From Nitrospinaceae bacterium (GTDB lineage Bacteria > Nitrospinota > Nitrospinia > Nitrospinales > VA-1), in contig JBHHVU010000055.1 in assembly GCA_046754465.1 (NCBI GenBank), forward strand, positions 1 to 21,129: a DNA stretch of 21,129 bases, in the 5' to 3' direction. This document shows, piece by piece, positions 15,890 to 21,129 of the stretch (the stretch's first letter is position 1; each line of letters begins with the position of its first letter). The notes below the pieces were generated by a model, which had not been told where the DNA came from, searched no databases, and saw only the letters and a program-made list of their open reading frames with translations. The position numbers and the translations under genes are program-made.

Positions 15890-18118
15890 TCATTTGCTGG
15901 TCATGCTGAATACACCATCCCAATCCCTTGGGGGAGGATTCGTCTGGAAGGCAATACAACGTTCGCGGTAGGTCAATGAGGGGCCGTCATGGTCATCAAT
16001 TTCCAGGGCTTTTTCAAAACACGCGATTCCCTCCGCCCATTGTCGGCGGGTATAGTGTTTGATTCCTTGATTGAAATGAGGAAGAATTTCCAGCATATTT
16101 CCATTTTTTTCTCCTTTTTTCCCCAACAATTCATAAATCTTGACGGGTTCCTTTTTTCCGACAACACGGATCATGTCGAGTTCCCTCACCTCGATATCCC
16201 TTTGGGATAATTCATACGTGTACTGGCTGATCATGGTATGGGTCCGGTATTGCTTATTCACCCCTTCAAGGCGCGCCGCAAGGTTCACCGAATCCCCCAT
16301 CATGGTGTAATCCATACGCGTCCGGGAACCCATGTTGCCTACAACCATGGGTCCGGTATTCAACCCGATCCTCATAAAAAGCTCCGGTTTTCCACGGCGC
16401 TTCCATTCGACCCGCAACTCCGCCAACCGTTGCTGCATTTCCAGGGAGGCCAGGCAGGCGCGGCGGGCGTGATCTTCAAGGGGAATGGGCGCCCCGAAAA
16501 ACGCGATGATGGCGTCCCCCTCGAACTTGTCTACCGTCCCCTCGTATTTCAGGAGGATATCCGTCATCTCCGTCAGGTAATCGTTCAGGAGTTCCACCAA
16601 TTCATCGGGCGTGAGTTTCTCTGAAATGGTGGAAAACCCGGCGACATCGGAAAAAAACGCCGTCAACACCTTGCGTTCCCCACCCAATTTGAGCAGCGAG
16701 GGATTTTTAACCAGCCGGTCCACCACCGCCGGCGCGAGATACTGGCTGAAGGCGCTCTTGATAAACCGTTTCTGCCGTTCTTCAACGGCATATTGATACA
16801 GGGTGATGCCCGAATAGACAAACAACTGAGTGAATACAGGATAAATGGTATTGATCCAAAGTCCCTCATGGGTGAAAAGATAGAAATCGATGAGCAGGTA
16901 GCCCACGATTCCCCCCACCAGCAGAAGGGCCATCGTATAAGCCTTGAAGTACCGGGATACCACGCCCAAGAGCAGGCCGGATCCCAGAATCATGACCATA
17001 TCCAGTAGGCGCAGCCAATCGGGCCGGACCAGGAAATCCCCCTGAAGAATATTTTCCATGACGTTGGCATGCACCTCCACCCCAGGAAACAAGGGGCCAT
17101 AGGGTGAAACGTGCATATCATGCGTCCCGGCCGCGGTGCCGCCGACCAGAACGATTTTGTTTCTTAATGCGTCGGCGCTCAACTTTTTCGCGAGAACATC
17201 GGACGCAGAAAAATGGGTGAAGGTATGGGAGGGACCCAGATAATTCACCAGGAAATCCCCGATTTCCGATGTGGGGATGACGGCCTCTCCCAGACGGACG
17301 CCGTCCACGCCAAAGGGAGCCACGCGGACTCCCAGCGGAAGATGAGTGGCTTCATGCAGGGTCTGAAGGCTCAGCGGGGGAAAAAGGAAATTCTCGTATC
17401 CCATGACGAGAGGAACCCAGCGGACCACGCCATCCATTTCCGGAATGAAGGAGACAAATCCGGAACTGTTGGCCGCGTTCATCAATTCCGGAAGACTCAT
17501 TCCTACCGAATAGATCGGCCTCAGGGGGACCGGATGTTCCGGTGAATCAAACCGCTGGATCACCGAATACTGGGAAAAATCCAGCAGATCCAGGTGAGTT
17601 TGGCTCACCTTCTCGGCGAAACTTCCCGCCAGGTCCTGGGTGGCGTAAACGAAATACCCCAGAACGGTGCGCCCGGATTTTTCGATCGCGTCCGCGAATA
17701 TTCTGTCGGAATCACCGACTTTTTCCAACCACTCGATCAGGGCGTCACCCCGGATACCCCTCAAATCTTTTTTCCGGAGGGCTTGTTTCACATCCTCGAA
17801 GGGAACGTATCGATCCTTTTCGGGAAAAAAGATATCGAATCCAATCGCCGCGGCCCCCGCCTCGGACAGACGGTCCACCAGCCTGGCCATCATTGTCCGC
17901 GGCCAGGGCCATCGCCCTTCCCGCTGGAGACTTTTCTCGTCAATAGCCACGATGACCACCTGTCCGGAAGGAGACCGTATTCCCCGGGAACGAACCTTGA
18001 GGTCGTAACTTTTAAATTCCAATAATTGGAAAAAATCCAGGTCCAGCGAATAGGTATAAAGGGAAAGAAAAGTCAAACCCAAGGCGATGGAAAAACTATT
18101 CACCCAATTCCGCTTCAT
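15890..18118 (-). CDS. CHASE2-domain class III adenylate cyclase with C-terminal TPR-like tail
   Basis: N-terminal TM; CHASE2 motifs IVAIDEKSL, GRWPWPR, DGVVR, PGVEVHA; three TMs; cyclase motifs FSDVAGFS, DKFEGDA, DYTMMGDSVNLAARLE. The Lys and Asp specificity residues indicate ATP as substrate. Confidence 0.95.
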   Translation of the reverse strand: MKRNWVNSFSIALGLTFLSLYTYSLDLDFFQLLEFKSYDLKVRSRGIRSPSGQVVIVAIDEKSLQREGRWPWPRTMMARLVDRLSEAGAAAIGFDIFFPEKDRYVPFEDVKQALRKKDLRGIRGDALIEWLEKVGDSDRIFADAIEKSGRTVLGYFVYATQDLAGSFAEKVSQTHLDLLDFSQYSVIQRFDSPEHPVPLRPIYSVGMSLPELMNAANSSGFVSFIPEMDGVVRWVPLVMGYENFLFPPLSLQTLHEATHLPLGVRVAPFGVDGVRLGEAVIPTSEIGDFLVNYLGPSHTFTHFSASDVLAKKLSADALRNKIVLVGGTAAGTHDMHVSPYGPLFPGVEVHANVMENILQGDFLVRPDWLRLLDMVMILGSGLLLGVVSRYFKAYTMALLLVGGIVGYLLIDFYLFTHEGLWINTIYPVFTQLFVYSGITLYQYAVEERQKRFIKSAFSQYLAPAVVDRLVKNPSLLKLGGERKVLTAFFSDVAGFSTISEKLTPDELVELLNDYLTEMTDILLKYEGTVDKFEGDAIIAFFGAPIPLEDHARRACLASLEMQQRLAELRVEWKRRGKPELFMRIGLNTGPMVVGNMGSRTRMDYTMMGDSVNLAARLEGVNKQYRTHTMISQYTYELSQRDIEVRELDMIRVVGKKEPVKIYELLGKKGEKNGNMLEILPHFNQGIKHYTRRQWAEGIACFEKALEIDDHDGPSLTYRERCIAFQTNPPPRDWDGVFSMTSK

Positions 18119-18185
18119 TGAAGGGTCCGGCTCTCATAAAAAAGGAAAGATTCCACATAGCGGCGGGGAGGAGCCGCAACTTCAG

Positions 18186-18215
18186 ATTCTATACAAAAAT
18201 GGTAGGAAAACTCAA
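18186..18215 (-). promoter_or_regulatory. Possible sigma70 promoter for the cyclase gene
   Basis: TTGAGT-18 bp-TAGAAT in the 148-bp gap upstream of the cyclase. Confidence 0.3.
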
Positions 18216-18266
18216 AAAAATATTGGGGACCCAGATTATGAAAAGAGCCAGTCTGTTGGAATAAGA

Positions 18267-21128
18267 TCAACATCCTCCCTGGGCCACCGCCAGAAAATCC
18301 GTTACGAAGGTGCTGTTTTGACCCTGTTGCAGCTGGACCTGTTCGGCCGGGGTCAAGGGGGGATTGGCAGGATTGGCGTCTTGGACGTTCCCGTTTAATG
18401 TGACGGAGCCTGCCGCGTTGATCGTCCCATTATTGTTTATGTTCGCGCCTGATATGGAAACATCTCCCGCCGAGTTGATTTGAGCATTCGCCGATAAATT
18501 AAAGTCGCCATTATTATTACTATCCCCATCCGCCGCCACCGCGATATTCCCACCCGTGGTCGACACATCCGTATTCACCACCGTATTGCCGGCGGAATTA
18601 GCGGTCAGCGAATTAATGGTGGTGGGGTTGTTGTCGAAAATGACGTCTCCGCCTGCATTCAACTCCAACCCGAAGCCCGTGCTCACACCGTTGACGAAAA
18701 TATTGCCACTCAGATTATTATTGACGACCAGCGTCTGCGCCGAAATCCCCGCCAGTTCCGTACCGTCGATCGTCATCGCACAGGGAGCCCCGCCACACAA
18801 GGTATTCAGATCCGCACCCACCCCGGCGAGGCCAATGGACCCGGGACCGGTCATTTGAATTATCGTGTTTGCCGCACCGCTGTTGAGCGAACTGGCCAGC
18901 GAAAAGTCTGCGGCCATCACTGTAATCAAATTTCCTCCCGACACCACATTCGGCCCGTTGACCAGGAACGTACCAGTGCCCGCGTCAAAGGCGGTTTGCC
19001 CCGCGGAGGTGATATCGCCCAAAACGGTGATGTCGTTGGATGCCACCAAGGTCAACCCGCCGCCGACGGTCAGGAGCCCATTGCTTATGATGCTTCCCAG
19101 ACTCGAGTCGGCGATCAAATTACCAGAGATATTCATGGCATTCAAGGCAATGGTCCCCGAAGAAATAACCGTGGCCGCTCCCGCACTGGTCAACGTCCCA
19201 TCATTCATTACGTTCGCGCCCTGGATGGAGATAACACCCGCGGAAGAAATCAGTGTGTTTGCGGCCAGGCTGAAATCACCAAGGTTATCACCATCATTAT
19301 CCGCCAGCGCCGCGAAATCTCCCGTGGCCGTCACCACATCCACATTCACCACCGCATTGCCATTGGCGGTGATGGACAGAGCATTGAGCGCTACCGGATT
19401 GTTCGCGAGGAGAACATCGCCACCGGCATCCAAACGCAAACCATTTACAATCCCACTGCTTTGAGCAGAGGTCACATTGTCGAGACTGATATTGCCACTG
19501 GAAACAATCACCACCTGATCCGCCAGGATCCCCTGCACATCAACTCCCGTCAAATTCAAATCGTTGGCCGCGGTGATGGCCAAAACTTCCGAGCCAGTAT
19601 TGATGGTGCCGCCCAAATTAAAGCTCTCAAGAGATGCCAACAAAGCGGTGTTATTGGTGTTAATGGTTGCCCCGGGGTTGACAACAAAAGCCAAACCGGT
19701 GTTTATGAGGACCGCCGACTGCGTCGTGATATTCCCATTAACGACCACCCCTGTTGCCGCGCCAAAGGTTAATCCGGCGCCTATATTCATCACGCCACTA
19801 TTTTCAATGGAACCCAACAGCGAGTTGGCAAACAATCCGCCGGTAATATTTATGGTATCCAGCAGAATGTCACCCGCCGCAGACAGGAACACATCACTGG
19901 CGAAAGTCGTGAACGTGGCGCCCGGACTCATCGTGATCGTCCCGGTTCCATTGCCGTCAAAATCCGCCGTAACAAAAATGTCCCCGGCCGCGGAAAGGTC
20001 GCCTGCCGCGGCAAAAGTCACGTTCTCATTCGCGGACAAGATGATGTTGCCCGCCAAACTGGTGCTCATCGGTGCATTCACATCAATATTCATTCCCGCT
20101 TGAACATCAATATCTCCATTCACCGCCGTCACGTTGTTCAAACTGATTGATGCCGCATCCCCAATAAAAATGCCCGATCCCGGGGCGGCGCCCGTGGTGG
20201 CGGCGGTCAAGGCATTCACATTGATTTCCAGTCGATTGCCCAGCAACCCAATGCCGGTGGCGGCGCTTAGGGAGGCGCTATTGGCGGTAATATTGTCCCC
20301 CGGGGTGTCCGCATTGTTATCCAAAATTCCGCCATTCGTGGCGCCAAGAGTAACATTGCCTCCCGTATTGACCGTATCCAGCAAAAGGTCCCCATTAGTG
20401 AGGAAAAAGCCAATATTACCCAACCCGCCAGTGACCGCTCCAAAAACTATATTGACCCCCGCGGAATTCGCATGAGTTAGAACAATGTCAGCATCCGGAC
20501 CCGCCGAGAAATCAAAAGTGCCCGCGTCGAAACTAAATCCTTCCGGTCCATTCAGATTGCCAATGCCACCCGGGGCCACAAGGCTCAAATGACCCGTGGT
20601 AACAACAGCCGTTCCAATATCATCAGTATCATTAATCGTTCCACCCGATTCCAAATGAAGGTTTTTGGAACCCAGAGTCAAATTATCCACCAAGATGGTT
20701 CCAGCGCCAGCGTCCCCAACGAATATCGTACCGGCAACAATACCATCAACTTCGGCATCTGTAAGAAGAAGTGCGCCCGCACCCGTCCCCAAACCGATGG
20801 GAGTTCCCGCCGTCAGCGGAACAATCGTCGTATCCGCCAACCCGGTGTTGATCGACCCCGGCAACGAAAAGGAATCGGTGACGATGGTGATCGAATTGGA
20901 GGGCCCCAAACCCGGCGTAGTAAACACATTCTGAATATCTAACGCCGACCCCGTAAGGTCCGCCGAACCCACGCTCACTAGACCCGTGAAAGTCAGCGAA
21001 CCCGTATGAGTCGGCGCTGTCGTCAAGGCACCGGTTGAATTCACCGCCCCAAACGTCGTCCCGGCTGAGGATACGATCGTCAACGTCCCCAGCGCCGCCG
21101 TGCCGCCCACCGGACCCAGAACCACCGG
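18267..21128 (-). CDS. C-terminal ~950 aa of a large filamentous-haemagglutinin-like beta-helical surface/secreted protein (5'-truncated)
   Basis: The frame is open to the window edge. G/N/T/S/A/I/L-rich beta-strand-turn repeats, long internal duplications and DxDxxG loops. No N-terminal secretion domain is visible, so the export route is unknown. Confidence 0.8.
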   Translation of the reverse strand, partial: PVVLGPVGGTAALGTLTIVSSAGTTFGAVNSTGALTTAPTHTGSLTFTGLVSVGSADLTGSALDIQNVFTTPGLGPSNSITIVTDSFSLPGSINTGLADTTIVPLTAGTPIGLGTGAGALLLTDAEVDGIVAGTIFVGDAGAGTILVDNLTLGSKNLHLESGGTINDTDDIGTAVVTTGHLSLVAPGGIGNLNGPEGFSFDAGTFDFSAGPDADIVLTHANSAGVNIVFGAVTGGLGNIGFFLTNGDLLLDTVNTGGNVTLGATNGGILDNNADTPGDNITANSASLSAATGIGLLGNRLEINVNALTAATTGAAPGSGIFIGDAASISLNNVTAVNGDIDVQAGMNIDVNAPMSTSLAGNIILSANENVTFAAAGDLSAAGDIFVTADFDGNGTGTITMSPGATFTTFASDVFLSAAGDILLDTINITGGLFANSLLGSIENSGVMNIGAGLTFGAATGVVVNGNITTQSAVLINTGLAFVVNPGATINTNNTALLASLESFNLGGTINTGSEVLAITAANDLNLTGVDVQGILADQVVIVSSGNISLDNVTSAQSSGIVNGLRLDAGGDVLLANNPVALNALSITANGNAVVNVDVVTATGDFAALADNDGDNLGDFSLAANTLISSAGVISIQGANVMNDGTLTSAGAATVISSGTIALNAMNISGNLIADSSLGSIISNGLLTVGGGLTLVASNDITVLGDITSAGQTAFDAGTGTFLVNGPNVVSGGNLITVMAADFSLASSLNSGAANTIIQMTGPGSIGLAGVGADLNTLCGGAPCAMTIDGTELAGISAQTLVVNNNLSGNIFVNGVSTGFGLELNAGGDVIFDNNPTTINSLTANSAGNTVVNTDVSTTGGNIAVAADGDSNNNGDFNLSANAQINSAGDVSISGANINNNGTINAAGSVTLNGNVQDANPANPPLTPAEQVQLQQGQNSTFVTDFLAVAQGGC

Positions 21129-21129
21129 G

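Noticed and set aside
1..21129. CRISPR array, tRNA/rRNA, IS element or integrase; firm taxonomic assignment
   Set aside because: No spaced direct repeats, structural RNA signatures or transposase motifs were seen. The host lineage cannot be established without a search.

Overview
Bacterial window with two blocks. Left (1-11.2 kb) is an acyl-CoA metabolic cluster in two convergent units. The + strand carries a 5'-truncated single-chain indolepyruvate/2-oxoacid:ferredoxin oxidoreductase and a canonical thiolase. The - strand carries an SCP2/archaeal-type thiolase-like protein, a DUF35 Zn-ribbon/OB-fold partner, 3-hydroxyacyl-CoA dehydrogenase, a divergent acyl-CoA dehydrogenase, enoyl-CoA hydratase and a divergent nitrilase-superfamily hydrolase. 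Right (11.6-21.1 kb, all - strand) is a surface/biofilm block: the 3' part of a large haemagglutinin-like beta-helical protein, a CHASE2 adenylate cyclase, and a three-gene curli-like amyloid locus. That locus has two ~12-repeat curlins and a third secreted gene that is a heavily interrupted curlin paralog sharing a 71-aa C-terminal module with the second. No csgEFG genes are in the window. Upstream of the curlins is an 11-bp-periodic, double Pho-box-like operator array placed exactly 10 bp before a TATACT -10 element. All calls come from motifs read by eye; no database searches were run.
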